DNA of 64,000 nt from Vicugna vicugna (taxonomy: Eukaryota), in contig MU061579.1 in assembly GCA_013265495.1 (NCBI GenBank), forward strand, positions 897,159 to 961,158, given 5' to 3'. The translations under genes were made by a program, and so were the position numbers. Every line of letters begins with the position of its first letter. Within the stretch, counting starts at the first letter, position 1. Below are positions 1 through 13,440 of this stretch, piece after piece. The notes beneath the pieces were generated by a model. It saw only the letters and a list, made by a program, of their open reading frames with translations, did no database searches and was not told where the DNA came from.

Positions 1-2109
1 TTAATTTTTACTTCTTAATTCATTTCTATTTCTCTTGGGTTTTGATGTCCTGTTATTGATTAGACACAGGCTTCAAACACATATATTCATCTCCCCACCC
101 CCCTTTTTTTTTTTTTTAAGGTTTTAAAAGGACTTCTCCACCCGAGTGCTGCATTTGCTTTTGCTCACATCAACTCAGTCACATGGCCACATTTAATTGA
201 AAGAAAGACTAGGATCACATAGGATAATTTTTCAAGAAAAAGAAGAAGTAATTGGTCAAAGCTAGCATTAACTGTTAACATCTATCTACTGTTAACACCC
301 TGATAAGCATAAGATGCACTATGTATGCAAAATCCCTGAAATGGTTCTCAGTACACTTTCTTTAGTTTGCACATGAACTCAACCCTTACGATCTCAACCA
401 TTGTCTATTTGTCAAACATCTCAGATTCTCCATTTTTTTGCATAAAAATGATAGCTAAACCACATGTTGATTCAACTCTCAGAATTCATTGTTTTATTTG
501 CATGAAAATCTTCTCACTATTATATCATCACCACGTTGATGCTGTTCAATCACCGAGAAAATCAAGATTGATTCTCCCATAGACTAGGCTTTGAATCAGT
601 TGGCCAAGAAACACAAAGATATGATGTTTTTCCAATGCACATAGAACATGAATTCAGTTTTGTTGGTCTATCAAGTTGCCTATAAAATTGTTCCTAACAT
701 TTAATAGAACATACTTATTATGATTTTAGTAATGAAAGTATTTCATGTTCTCTCCTCATTATCTTATGATTTTTTTCCCCCAAAGCTTCCAATCTTCACT
801 AGTTAAATTAAATTCACTGATCTGATACACTCCTTTTGAAATTAAAACTGATATGTTTAATATTTCTTATCACAATTATAAAACATATGCTTACATGACA
901 CCTATTTAACAAAAGTAATCACTAATAACTTTTTGTAAGTATTGTGCTATCTCATTCAACATTATAAGAAGAAAAACTAATGTGGAAAATGCAATTTATT
1001 TATATTAGGAAATAATCGCCATTGACATGATAACGTAAGTCAAGCAGCAAGATCATTTATTTAAGAAAAATATCCTCTTTCCTGTTTTGTCTTCAGCTTC
1101 TTTCTGCTACCTGTTCTGCTATCTGCACATCCTCTGAATAGCACTTAGGTGGTTTGTGGGAAGGAAATTATTCCACTTAAGTGGTACATTCTAAGTTAAT
1201 TATCCACTAATGTCTGAATAGCCTTCTTCATTTGTGAAATTATATTTTAAAATTATCTACTGCCTCCATTATTTTTCTTCTCCCTAGAATTCTCTTTCAA
1301 CTAGTACGACACCTTTTCATTAAAGTAAAGCCTGATATATTAAAGTTAAATGTCTTTAAAGGCAATTTAAATCACCTTCCATATGTCATTGGAAAACATA
1401 TAACCACCAAGGGGAAAGGAAAAATGATCAGTTTCACTGGTCTATCACAGAAATACATTGAAAGTTTTACTTTAAAAATTATAAAACTTTGCTAAAAAAG
1501 AATTATGGGACAACAAGAGTCCTTTTCATCTCTAGATCCTTTTCATGAGAACTCTCAAGAGAAAGCTCATAACTGCTGTTTCTGTATTCATCTGAAGGGG
1601 AGGAAGAGGACAAACAATTGAAGGTGATTTTAGCAAGATTTCAAGCAGTAACACTGGAATTAAATGTTGAAAGCAGAAAGGCTATAATGTCAGGGCACTT
1701 GTGAAGAAATATAAATCTGGGTCTTCATTAAACTTTCAGCTTAAGATTTTTAAAGGTTGAGTGAAATATTTTACTGTTGTGTCTATCAGAAATCATGAAT
1801 TAGATTACTGAAAAATTTGCTGTGGTCTACTTTTTAGTGATGGTATTTACAAAATTCCATTTATCATATACCTTTTAAATGACAGGGGCACATGTTGTGA
1901 GTAACTCCAAGAATAATAACAATATCATATTAAATAACTATGATTTGATAATGGTTGCCAGTGGTTATAAATTTGAAATCAAAACAAAATAATAGCTGTA
2001 AGTAAATATTGAAAAGACTATGCAAAGTCATTTGGGATATTTAGGGATCAGGAAAGCACTTAGAAAATCATATCCAACCCTTTCTCTTGCCTCCTTCTGT
2101 ATTCCGTCT

Positions 2110-2250
2110 TAGACGGTAGTACCTTCATTCACTTACTCACCAGAAAGCTGGAAATCATCTCAGATTTCTTTATATTTCAATATCTATAATCAATAAGGTA
2201 CTCACCTCTGGCAGATTTAACCTCCTAAACTACTCTCAAAACCAACTTTA
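2110..2250 (+). mobile_element. L2 LINE fragment (appears to resume at ~3290-3460 after an L1 insertion)
   Basis: Degenerate L2-like text 'ccagaaagctggaaatcatctcagatttc...cagatttaacctcctaaactactctcaaa'; L2-like sequence continues on the far side of the L1. Confidence 0.45.
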
Positions 2251-2254
2251 TGTA

Positions 2255-3255
2255 TTTAGAGCTTTATTAAGATATAATTCAGAGACATTATAATCCATCC
2301 CTTTGAGAGTGTACAAAACAATGGTTTTTAATATATTCACAAAGTTGTACAATCATCACCATAATCGATTTTAGGTCATTTTCATCACTTTCAAAAGAAA
2401 TCTTGTTGCCAATTTCCAGTTACTTCCCATCTTCACAATTATCAGCTCTTAGCAATCATTAATCTATTTTCTGTTTCTCTAGATTTGTATATTCTGGGCA
2501 TTTTATATAAAAAAAATCAAATATTACAATAAGTAGTCTTTTGTGACTCATTTCTTTCATTTAGAATGTTTCCAGGTTCTGCCATATTTTAGAATTTGTC
2601 AGGACTTCTTTCCTAATTATGGCTGACTTAATATTCTGTTGTTGAATATACTACATTTTACTTATCCATTCATCAGTTGATGAACATTTGAGGATTTCCA
2701 CTTTTTGGCTATTATGAACAGCACTGCTATTAACGTTCATGTACAAGAGTTTGTGTGTGCCTGTGTTCTTACTTCTCTTGACTATACAGCTAGAAATTCT
2801 GTATTTTTCATTTGAGGAACTGCCAGATTATTTTCCAATGTGGTTTCACCATTTTACTTTTTGATCAGAAATACAGGAGAATTCTAATTTCCTCATATCC
2901 TCCTGGGTACTTTTTATTGTTTGTCTTTTTGGCTGTAGCCATCTCACTCGTGAAATGTTACATCATCAAGCTTTTGATTTGCATTTCCCTGTCAACAATT
3001 GATGTTGAGCATCTTTTAATGTATTTATTGGTCATTTGTATATTTTCTCTGGAGATAAGTCTATTTAGATGCTTTGCCTGTTTTAAATTGAGTTAGCTCT
3101 CTTTTTATTATTGAGTTGTAAGAATTGTTTTTATATTTTAGGTACAAATCCCTTATCAGATATTTAATTTGCAAATATGTTCTCCCATTCTATGTGTCGT
3201 CTTTTCATTTTCTTGATGGTATCCTTTGAAGCATAAAAGTTTTTAATTAAAAAAT
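2255..3255 (-). mobile_element. L1 3' end and ORF2 C-terminal remnant (L1MB-like)
   Basis: Antisense L1 3' motifs: 'tttattaagatataattc', 'gttgtacaatcatcacc', 'tatccattcatcagttgatgaacattt', 'gatgttgagcatctttt', 'cccttatcagatatttaatttgcaaatatgttctcccattc'. Confidence 0.85.
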
Positions 3256-3719
3256 AATTTTGATAGAGCAAACTTTCTAGTGTTAAATTATTTCAGATTA
3301 CTGCCTTCATTCAGGTCCCATTTCTCCTCCCGATGCCATTGCTCTAAGCTCAAAACTAATTTCCCTGCTTTCAGTCCAGCCTCCTTCTGTATATCTTCAT
3401 TCTGTTAGCAGTTTGATCCTTCCAAAAATGTAAGTTGATCATTGTCCTTATTTCTAAAGCAGTGTACCTTGAGAAAAGTACATACTTTCTGGTAAAGAAA
3501 ATAAAATATCTGCATGAAATCACTTCTGGTGGCCCCTTCAGCACTTCTTTTCACTGTGCCTCACCTTGCAAGTGACATTGCAGGTATCCCATAACTTTCT
3601 AAGTTCAGTAGATGGGACCAAACTCACTCTGGACTCTGTCCCTCCTACCAATATGCATATGCACATGGGTTTGTACCTTCTATCTCATGGGACACAAGCT
3701 GGTTATTTATGGTCTGTCT

Positions 3720-4065
3720 CAGGGTCACAGATACATTCTCTGATAATGTTTGAGACACATGGTTTAATTTTAAATAATTCCCTACAGGTTGATATGAAAA
3801 CCTGAATTTCTACTTTCTCTTAAAAAATTAGAAGTTCTAGTAAGACTAGGCTTATGTTTCTGCATGTTTATAATCAAGTAAATTTGGGCAGCTAATACCT
3901 TTTTAAAATAAGGTATGGACTCTTCAATTACCATGGTCCTAATCATGACCTTTTGAATCCTCCCCGGTGAGGTCTACTGCTATTGTAATTTGTCGATTCA
4001 TAGCTAATTTATTTCACTCATTTAGATTACCTGAATGGTACCTCAGTGTATTTTATAGTTATCTC
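3720..4065. mobile_element. MER102-like hAT-Charlie DNA transposon fossil
   Basis: 'cttaaaaaattagaagttctagtaagactaggc' and 'ttcactcatttagattacctg' resemble recalled MER102 segments; highly diverged. Confidence 0.4.
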
Positions 4066-4119
4066 TATTTTATATGCTTCTCACAAGGAAGTAATTGCAT
4101 TTGATTACTTATAACAGCC

Positions 4120-4295
4120 TGGGTTTGTGATTAAGACTGTACGTAGGCTCTGAAACTCAAGTATCTGGGTCAAACTTTGGCTCTACCACTTAAAGGCTAT
4201 TTAAACTTTTTTTTATGTTATTTAAATTTCTATGCTCCAGTTTCTTCCATGATATAAAAAGTACAATGGTGATAACTATCTCAAAAGCTGTGTCT
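4120..4295 (+). mobile_element. MIR SINE
   Basis: 'ggctctgaaactcaagtatctgggtcaaactttggctctaccactta...ctccagtttcttccat...gataactatctca' follows the MIR head and core. Confidence 0.6.
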
Positions 4296-5458
4296 GTCTA
4301 TGTTACAGAAATTATATGTCATCATGTGTATGGTCCTTGAGTACTATGGATACATCTCATAAGTGTGTATTTTTATTCCATCTCTACTTCACTTAAAAAG
4401 GCTATTTTCTTATTATCTTTGTATGTAAGGTACCCAGCATTTTGTCTAGCAGACAGTAGATATTCAAAGCTTACTGGATCACTTTGATAAATGTAAAACA
4501 AGTCAAAGCTGGAGGAAATACTTTTCTGATGTAGTTTATGCAAACTTTTAATTAAAAAACAGGGAATTGCTCTTATCTCATTCAGGCCTCCTCCCAATTA
4601 TTAATTTGTTTGCTAATTTATTTCTTTGTTTATTTTTACATTACCTGGCTTATGAATCCATGAGGGTGATTCATTGTTCCTTCATGCTTTATAGGAAATG
4701 TCCATTATTTTCAGGTGTAGCTTCTGGTCCTGTTTGGAAGAAAATGCATAGTGATTTGTTCAAATAAATCTTTTGCCACAGATGCTTCACATGGAGCTGT
4801 AACTTCTGTTCTTAAAGTCAGCATCTAGTCTATTTCTTGATGTAATCCCCCACTGCCCTGTCTATGTAGTGTGCATTATCTAACACGGTGGCATTCATCC
4901 CACTTACTTTACCGTAGAGTACTATTTCTGGGTTCTTAGTTCATCATACATACATCTGTAGATATTTATCTCAGAAGTTCAAATTATAGCATGCACAGAT
5001 AGTCTCCTGAGAATGTAAAAGGAAAAATAGTTTGCAGTGCCAGAGCTTTGCATAGTCATAGGTTACACTAGTTCAACCAACTCTTCCAAAAATGCTTTAA
5101 TCAGAACAGTTCTTAATACATATAAAATATGGATATATTTTAGAATGAGTTGATGAATTATATTCTGTATATCAAACATTTGCAGAACAAGTTTCCCACG
5201 CAACATTCCCTGGAGTTCACCAGGTACGATGTGGTACTTGAACTCAACCAGATGGAAAGTTAGATTTAGAAACGCAAGAATGAAACAAGTGCTCAACAGA
5301 TTTATAAGCTAATATCTGTGAAATACAGGTGGTGGGGGTATAAATAATTAGTACTGGGATTTTAGTAAGTACCTATACAGAGCAGTGATTGGATGGTCCA
5401 TGATAAAAATGAAAGTCTAGGAAAAATATTCCAGGCGAAGAGCACAGTTTGTCTCTAC

Positions 5459-5543
5459 CAATGTGAAGAACCATCCTGATTTGCCCAAGGCTGAGAAAAA
5501 AACAGGGAAGTCCCGGGAAAACTGGGATAGGCTTGTCATTCTA
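5459..5543. mobile_element. MER81-like hAT-Blackjack MITE (internally deleted)
   Basis: 'aaccatcctgatttgcccaaggctgag...acagggaagtcccgggaaaactgggataggcttgtcattcta' resembles the MER81 inverted termini. Confidence 0.6.
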
Positions 5544-8500
5544 AATGAAAACAATGAGAAGATGGGGATAGAACATCATTTTAAAGTTCCACCTATGGTG
5601 AAAGATTACAAAGACACTAATAATCACATCCCTTGTTTCTATCCATCAATATGAGCTCAGTTCACTTGCATCCTACCTGATCTGAAATTGCCAGTTTTAG
5701 AATCATCATCTTTAGATAACTACTCTTTAAGTTCTAGCAGGAAAAGCTGAGCTCGGACATTTAGGGCCTCTCTTATTTTTTAAGATTTTTTAATACTAAA
5801 TTATAAATACATTGTGAAAGTTTTATATAGCACATTCATAAAACACCGACCTATAAGAATTCTTAGGAAGTGTTTATGCCTTTTCTCAGACCCATGAACA
5901 ACTAGGCTTTCCATGAGCTTTTGTTTTATCTTATGAATTCTGTCAGTTCTATCATTTACTGGGTTTTCTCCTTCATTGTGGCTGTTAGAAAACTTAGAGA
6001 CGAACTTTGACTTATCTTTTATATACGCCTATAATGGTCAATAACATATAATTTGCAGATAACCTCCAATGAGCACCACTTTCTTTCTTATCTTTTTGGT
6101 TCCCAGTGTTTTGTCTTTCTTTATTCTTTTTAACATTTTTCACATTGTCAAATTATTTACACCCTTGTATAAATATACCCTTGTATTTTTCCTAGAACAA
6201 GGTAAGGCATAAGTAAGGAAATATTTTATGATTTATGTCTGTCACCTTGGGAAACAACAGAGTAATTTGATCAATAGGATATTAAAATGCATTTCACTGG
6301 AGTATTAAAAACAGGGCCCCTGTGTTATCACAGCTAGGAGATGAAAAGAGAACACAAAAATTATTGTTTAAGAAAAAAATTATTGTTTAAAATGAAAGAT
6401 AAGATTTTCCTTCCTAAGAATTATTTTCTTCAGCCCAATTCCTTATTCACATAAAGGAAATACAGCGCAATCAACAAAATTAAAACAAAATATCTCTGAG
6501 CAGTGGTTGTTTGTATTCATAAAAAGACCAAGTGCTTGCTGAGAGGTCCACGTGCTACTGAATGCTGTTAGAGGGCACTCTGTAACCTGTGGTCTACTAG
6601 TGTCACTCAGCAAGTTCTCCTAAGACCGACTTGAAGAAAATGGTACCAGCAACATGGAGTGAGAAGCCAGCAAGTATATGAATAGTAGTTACTAATGAGA
6701 ACCATAATAGGGCCCTATATACTAAGACGAGCGTCAAAGATGGAACTAAATTCTTTGAAAGTGTGCCAACTAGTTTAAGAAGACATCCTCAGTTCATATG
6801 GTTCAACGGTTAGACCTACTTCAGGGACCTAGAGCAATACTAATAAAGTTTGTATCTTTCTTGAATAGCCTATTAATGAGTAATTAGAAAGACAGAATTT
6901 AGACATGATTTAGACTTATCTTGATGAAGTGGTGCTTCAATATGTTTTTTTATGTCAGTTCCTTTTTTTCCTTTGTTCATACTTGACATTAATGCCCTTA
7001 TTATTGAGCTACAGGGTTTAAAATCTTTTAAGCATTAGTTGTTTTCAACTTTTCTTTATCCATATGGGAACTGATTTTTTAAAAAAAAACTTACAGCAAA
7101 CAAAAAATAGATGATAACCATAATGACAACTTTTACTTTAGGTTAAGGAATATAAAAATATACCAACTGGGTGGATATTTTTCATAAAAGTGAGGCCAAA
7201 TGGAAACTGAGAGCTGAGTTAACGTCATTGATCTGCTGGTGCCACCAGCTGGCACTGCATTCTCAGAGAAGAGGAGAGAAATATTGGCAGAAGGAAATTA
7301 TTTCAGATCCAGGATGCAACTCATTGAACAACTTCTTACTTCAAACTTTGACAATGTACACATATTTCAAAGATACCATTAGTATAAAAAATCTCAAAAA
7401 GTTTTCCATGACGTAAGTAACAGCTATTCACTTAAAAGAAGAGTTTCAAAGAATGAAGGAAAGATTATGTTTGTTCTCATCAGACTTGTATTATATAGGA
7501 GCCAGTGTAATTTCTAGTTCTCCATGTCTTCTAGTGAGTGGCAAAGCCAAAACCAGGAAGTCATTAAAAGAAACATTTCTATATTGATAAAAAAATTGAT
7601 TTATTTTTAATTTGAATATACAGATTTTTAAAAGAGTTGTTCTTTCTGTACTTCAGCTTTATACACACACTCTCACACACATTCATGGTTACAAACTGGC
7701 ATAAATTTAGGCCGTAAGCAATTGTATTGAGGTGCATTGATGCATTAAAACTTTTAATGGTTTAAAATATAATGAATTGTACTTGCAAAGCGGCTACAGA
7801 TAGCTTTTACTATATGTTCTAGGTCACCACAAGTTTCATGTGCATGTCATATTTATAGAACTGAGAGCTAAATTTCCTATGTTATTCTGACGTTGAATAT
7901 ATAACCGATTTGTTATTTTAGCAGTCACATTACATTGTTAAGAGCTTTATGCTGACAGCATAGCTGGTGTTATAAGGTCTTTTAAAAGAAACACAATTTA
8001 TATTCTTCATAGTTTGACATACACTCTGAAGTGGGTTGCCATGGCTATCTATTTTTTTTTAAGATATAATCACTTCTTAATGAATCATCAGGTAGAGAGA
8101 GCATTTCAAACTGAGCAACTGTTTTTATTTTAAATCTCAGCTTTCAGTATCTTTTTTTCTCTCATTATTTCATTATTTCAAAAATATAACCAACATAGTG
8201 ACACCTACATTAAAATAAACATTGTAATGCATGATCATAGAGCAGCCCTTAAGCATCTTTAGCAGGCTTTTTTGTATACTGCCCACTGTGCATTAGCACC
8301 AGCACTCTTAAGACCACCACTAAAGTTGACCTCCACAGTCACGGATGAGGAGCTCGGGATTCCATGAGCAATTGTTGGAAGTCTCAGTTATCTCTTTAAG
8401 ATATGACTGTATATAAAAAGTTATGGAATATTTATGAGTCTCTTTTTTGATGGCTAGTTATGAGACCCTTCTACATATATTTCAAAAAAGAAGAAAGTGA

Positions 8501-8574
8501 TGACTTAAATAAGGTGTTTATTAGCTACAAAAAGAAACCAGATATGTTCCAGTTACAAAATCACTGTTATATAT

Positions 8575-8797
8575 TATATTTAAGTAGAGTCAGTTTACAA
8601 TGCTATGTCAATTTCTGGTGTTTCAGTCATACATGAATATACATATATTCATTTTCATATTCTTTTCTCTTCACTTCTTTCTTTTTAATATATTTTATTG
8701 AAGTATTCATATTCTTTTTCACCATGAGTAGTAACAAGATATTGAACATAGTTCCCTGTGCTATACAGCATGAACTTACTGTTTATCTATTTTATAT
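8575..8797 (-). mobile_element. 5'-truncated cetartiodactyl-type L1 3' end, with a nested 39-bp L1 tail
   Basis: 'aagtagagtcagtttacaatg...ttcagtcatacat...aagatattgaacatagttccctgtgctatacag...tgtttatctattttata'. Confidence 0.8.
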
Positions 8798-9378
8798 GAT
8801 AGCAAATTAAGTACAAGAAGAGATGCATTTACCTCTGGACTTCAGAAATAATAAGATTGTACATTTCTACTACAAACCAGTGCACAGGAAAAATATAGCC
8901 TTGGCAGAAACCTTAGATATTGCCTGGTCCACATGTTTTAAATGGAAACTATCATGACTTGTGTCATAATTAGCTACAAGATCAGCCACAAGCAATCAGT
9001 TCCTAGAAATCATCAATATATTGGACTTTGATTAAATTACTTTTCTTTTAATAATACAAATAAAAAAAATTCAAGATTGTCACTAGTAAATTTTTTTACT
9101 TAATCACCTACATCTCTGTATTTACCTGAATGAGAAGAGAGGAATTTAGTTCTAGCTAAAATTGTGTAGAACTGTGCACAGTCAACCAATGATCTTACCT
9201 TGACTGAAGCAATATACCTGACTGGTACTATGTTCCCTTTTATAGATAATAAAAAGAAGTCCAAACATAACAAGAAGCAAGTCCAAGACACTGCTAAAAT
9301 ACATATCTCTGACTCCTCGTTTTATATTTGTTTTTATCTTCCCTGCATGACACAGCTTTCAAGCATAAGAAGAAACAC

Positions 9379-9879
9379 GAAGAACTGTGGAGGGTCTGAT
9401 ATTTTACCCTATTTGAAGTCTGCTAAATTAACTTCCTACAGTTTCCCAGGTGCTGACAGAAGACATGAGCGTTCTGAATCTGAGACAAAGGACTTTATTA
9501 CTCACGGCACAATAAAATGCATGAACTTTCAGTTTGCGTTGGGTTCCCTCCACCCTCCCGCCAAATCCCACAGAGATGATGTGGAGGCTGGCACAAGTAA
9601 ATGCTACATATATAAAGAACCTGTGTCACAGTCAAGGGATGCTGAGCTTAGAAACCCACCTCTTAAAAGAACTACCGGCAAACCAGTCTAACCATTATCC
9701 CAGAAGGAGACATTATCTTTATCATCCGGGTCAGAAACCAAATCTGTCCTTTTCCCCAAAGGGATACCCTGTTTGCACCTTCCAAGACTACTTACTATAT
9801 AAACAATCCTGGGAAGATAGTTCAAAGCAAAGGCTTACAGAAGACATGCAGAAATGCCACAGATAACTGACACGCAACA
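9379..9879 (-). mobile_element. Solo LTR, LTR40-like (ERVL class)
   Basis: 'gaactgtggagggtctgatattttacccta...gacagaagacatgag...gagacaaaggactttattactcac...ggagacattatctttat...aagacatgcagaaatg' resembles the reverse complement of LTR40; AATAAA on the minus strand. Confidence 0.75.
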
Positions 9880-10679
9880 GAACTCCACTGCACTGTGGTC
9901 TTCAAGGGAGCTGTAAACTATGGATGGGATTAGAGCCTAATGGGAGGGTCTAAATAAAATATGCCTATCATACGACTGCAACAGCGTGATCGTGGTCAAC
10001 TCTCCAGCTAAATAATCACAGAAATATCCATTTCTTCATTGTGACTTTCTTCTGAATGACAGGTTGTATCTTATAGGAAGAGCCTGAGTTTATCTCATGC
10101 TAGAATCCTAAAAGCCTTCCTAATTTTGGCACCAGAAAGGAACCTGGCAGTAAGCTCTTTCTGGCACACAGGCATGAACACGTTCTTTGGTCTTGTTATC
10201 TCTCCTTACATGCAAGTCTGAGCTGCCTGCAGTAGGATGAAGCAGGTCAGTTTGTTGTAGGATGTCATGTGTCAGAATGAGTTATCTATAATCCGCTAAG
10301 TTATGTTCTCAGGTCTGCTTGTGAGAGCCCCTAGGTGAAAATCTTTAGGTGCCATGAGATTAACTCTTTCCTTTAAATTTAAGATTAGTTAATTTTAATT
10401 GCCTCAGGTACATTGCCCTGGAAGAGAAGGAAGGGAGTATGAGATAGTGTTCAAAATTATGCCCACATGGCACAGTATCAATGATTCTCTCTTGCCCACA
10501 CACTGTTTCCTAGGAAATGTAAAATTCTTTCTGAAGACTTGAGTTAGGGTGCTGGAATCTGTATATTCACTTTGTTACACAATGATGTTTCTAACTCAGA
10601 AAACTTCCTTCTTCAGAAAAGCATGTAACAGTAAGAACATTAAAGGACACAGTGCTTAACAATGAAATGCGCTTCCTGT

Positions 10680-11082
10680 GTTTATTTATTCATCAAATAT
10701 CTAATGAGAACCCAAAATGTGCCAGAGGAAAGAGTAGCAAATATAATCTGCACGGTCTCTGAATTCATGGAACTTTTCTTTTTGGGGAAGAGTGGCCCTC
10801 CCAGAGAGACAAATAAGTAAAAACTAAATAAACAAGATAGTTTCTGAGACTGGTAAGTATAACGAGGGGAGAGAGCACTGGATCAGAAATGAGTTGGGGG
10901 CTATTTTCGATTGCATGATGAAAGCTGTTATTTTTGAGATACTTAAGTAAAGCATGAATAATAAATACAAGCATAGAATTTGGGAATAATGGTAGAGATA
11001 ATTAAAAAAAGTCCTAAGGTGGGAAGTGGCTGGTCATTGTGGAGGGACAGCAAGCCAGTCAGTGTGGCTACTGTAGAATGAA
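10680..11082 (-). mobile_element. L2 3' region
   Basis: 'tttattcatcaaatatctaatgagaacccaaaatgtgccag...ctctgaattcatggaactt...gggacagcaagccagtcagtgtggct'. Confidence 0.6.
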
Positions 11083-11201
11083 AGTTTCAGGGACAGTGGT
11101 TCACCAAATGAGCATTTTTTCTTTATTTTGTCCCTAAGTTCTAGTCAAAGTGGCTGACCTTATTGTACAAAAGGCTAAAAACTTATTGCAATTCTAACTA
11201 C

Positions 11202-11701
11202 TGAGAAACAGAAAAGTCCCTGATTTCTGGGTGCTGGCTTGGAACTGCCAGCTAGACCATGGTGTTGTGATGAGCTGGCCTGACACTCAGCTAGGTTTTG
11301 GTGCCCACTTGTTGAACACAATTTTACACACGATTCTACACAAGATCAACATCAAACTAGGCAACTCTATCAGGATGGATCAAGATAAAAATAAGACCTC
11401 TTCACTATTATGTGTGATTACAGACAAGTTGACCCAAATCCCCTTATCCCAGTTAATTTGAGTGACTGCTGCTTCTTTTCCGGTTACAGCTTTAACTTTT
11501 CTTCCTTTTAGGTAAAATTAATTAAGATAGCAAATCACAGAATTACCCCTGCTTCCCAATGCCCAATCTAATTTAGAACAAAGCTTTAATTCCTTGTATT
11601 TCCCCCCAAATCATCTAACACAAGGCAAAATCTAATGATATGTCCTTTTTAGCATCCACTTACAGAGATGTTCCACAATTCCCAATAGTTACACTCTTGC
11701 A
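11202..11701 (+). mobile_element. ERV1-class LTR (MER89/MER90-like), 5' portion
   Basis: Starts 'tgagaaacagaaaa'; contains 'gatggatcaagataaaaataagacc', 'tgagtgactgctgcttcttt', 'cagaattacccctgcttcc', 'aatcatctaacacaag'. Confidence 0.6.
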
Positions 11702-12034
11702 GTCACACTGAACATCATTCAATCCAAGGCAGAGCCCCCATGCCTTCCAAGACAGCAATCTTGTTCCCTTAGAGACCCACGGCCAGAACCAAACCAAACA
11801 TGCAAACAGGCAAGCCCAGAATGAAGTCAGCCCAAGGCCTCAGTATGTTTCACTGCTCTCCCACAGTCTGCAAGCTTTTTTCACTTTTCGGTCTGAGATT
11901 TGGGAGCCTAAGAAGATGTTCTCATCTGAGGCTTAGGGATGGTAGAGGTGGGATCTTGGCTTCATTGAGAAGCAAGTGCTGCCTGTAAGAATGATTAATA
12001 ACTTTTATTGAACACATTAAATTATGGGTCTTCC

Positions 12035-12125
12035 ATTATGTAAGAAAATTTAGATTCATCTTAAAGATGAGGGAAATTAAAGCTCTCAGAGACTGAAGGC
12101 TCAAGATTACACAGCTGGTGAGAGT
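12035..12125 (-). mobile_element. MIR core fragment
   Basis: 'catcttaaagatgagggaaattaaagctctcagaga...ctcaagattacacagctggtgag'. Confidence 0.45.
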
Positions 12126-12239
12126 CTCCTTATGTTGTCTACTCCATGGAACGTCCAACTGATGGTGGATTAAACAGGGCTGAGCAGGGAAGGAGAATAT
12201 TTTTTGATTGGCAGCACATAGTAGGAAAGACACCCTAAG

Positions 12240-12320
12240 CATGAGTCTTCCCTCCCATATATGCAATGAGTAATAAACCCCAAATGTTCAACTGCAGGTG
12301 TATTCCCAGTGGTCTTTGCA
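12240..12320 (+). mobile_element. 3' terminal piece of the MER89/MER90-like LTR
   Basis: 'tgcaatgagtaataaaccccaaatgttcaactgcaggtgtattcccagtggtctttg' resembles the polyA-signal/U5 end of the same LTR family. Confidence 0.55.
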
Positions 12321-13417
12321 TGGTATTTATGCAACTATAATCATTTTTTACACCTACTATAAACCTAAGAGTAGCACAAGGATTTCATTTTCTGATGTGC
12401 CTTCTTGATAAGACATATTTTAAATTATTTTTGCAGTTTGTACCTGGGGATGGAGAGGAGAGGGGAAACATTTCCAGACTGGCAACTGTTCTTTATACTC
12501 ATTTAATATTAATATTACTAAAAATTTAAGTTATTGTGTCCTGAGCACATTATTAAAGAAGCCAAACCATCTTGCAGATGATGTAAATGAATTATAAAAT
12601 ATCTATGTAGAAAAAAGCTTATTGAGGAAAATTAAAGATAATTTTTTCTCAAGAGTAACATTTCCAAGAACCCTAATTTGGGTATAATTACCAATTAGCC
12701 TACAAGAACATAATAACGGTGTAACGTATGGAAATTGCCTCAGAATTACAGGGAATTGGCAGTTCTTGCTTTTTATATAGGGTGCTTGGTGAAACATACT
12801 CATGCCAAATGACTTGAATTAGAATTTTGAGAGCAAAGAATAGTTGAAACATATTTACTCATTAAAAAAGAGAGAGAGAAAGAGAGTGAGAAAGACCCAA
12901 AGTTACCCGAATATTAAATGCTTGGAAAAATATGACTTAGTTTCAAATAAAGTTCAACATGACTTCTTTAATACCAAGCAATATTGAAAACCAGGAAGAG
13001 CCTTGAGTGTTATCTGGGAAAGAAAAATCCGTTAATGCAGTTCGAGCTAAAATACATAGGTTATAGAAATGGGGTGCTGTCTCACATTAGGTTTGTTTCT
13101 CCAAGGATAGAGAGGTTTCCATTCCCAGATGAGTGACTGGTCAAGAACTAAGTGTGTAAAACTAAAATTACATAAATTTTTTAGCAATAAGTGAATGGCC
13201 ACAACCTAGGGTTAGGATTTAACACCTGGTAACTATCAATATTTGAGTTCTGTTCAACATAAATATAGGCACATATACTAAACTTTTAGTTGGCAGAAAG
13301 TGACATCTGTCAGACTTAGATACTATGGATCAAACGGGTTGTATAATTTGGGCCAAAATATCATGATAAAAAAATTTATTTTATAAGGAAATGTTTGGTT
13401 TAAAAAAATAGTATGTC

Positions 13418-13440
13418 TTTTTTTTTTTTTTTTTTTTTTT
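13418..13440. repeat. T23 homopolymer
   Basis: Directly visible. Confidence 0.95.

Noticed and set aside
6356..6390. 16-bp direct repeat aaaaattattgtttaa
   Set aside because: Ordinary slippage duplication in AT-rich DNA.
6535..6614. Possible miRNA-like hairpin (cttgctgag...ctcagcaag)
   Set aside because: Only a 9-bp outer stem; the interior pairs poorly.
9200..9866. Longest ORF (163 aa) and the overlapping 110-aa ORF as genes
   Set aside because: Both lie largely antisense within an LTR40-like solo LTR and show no recognisable protein features.
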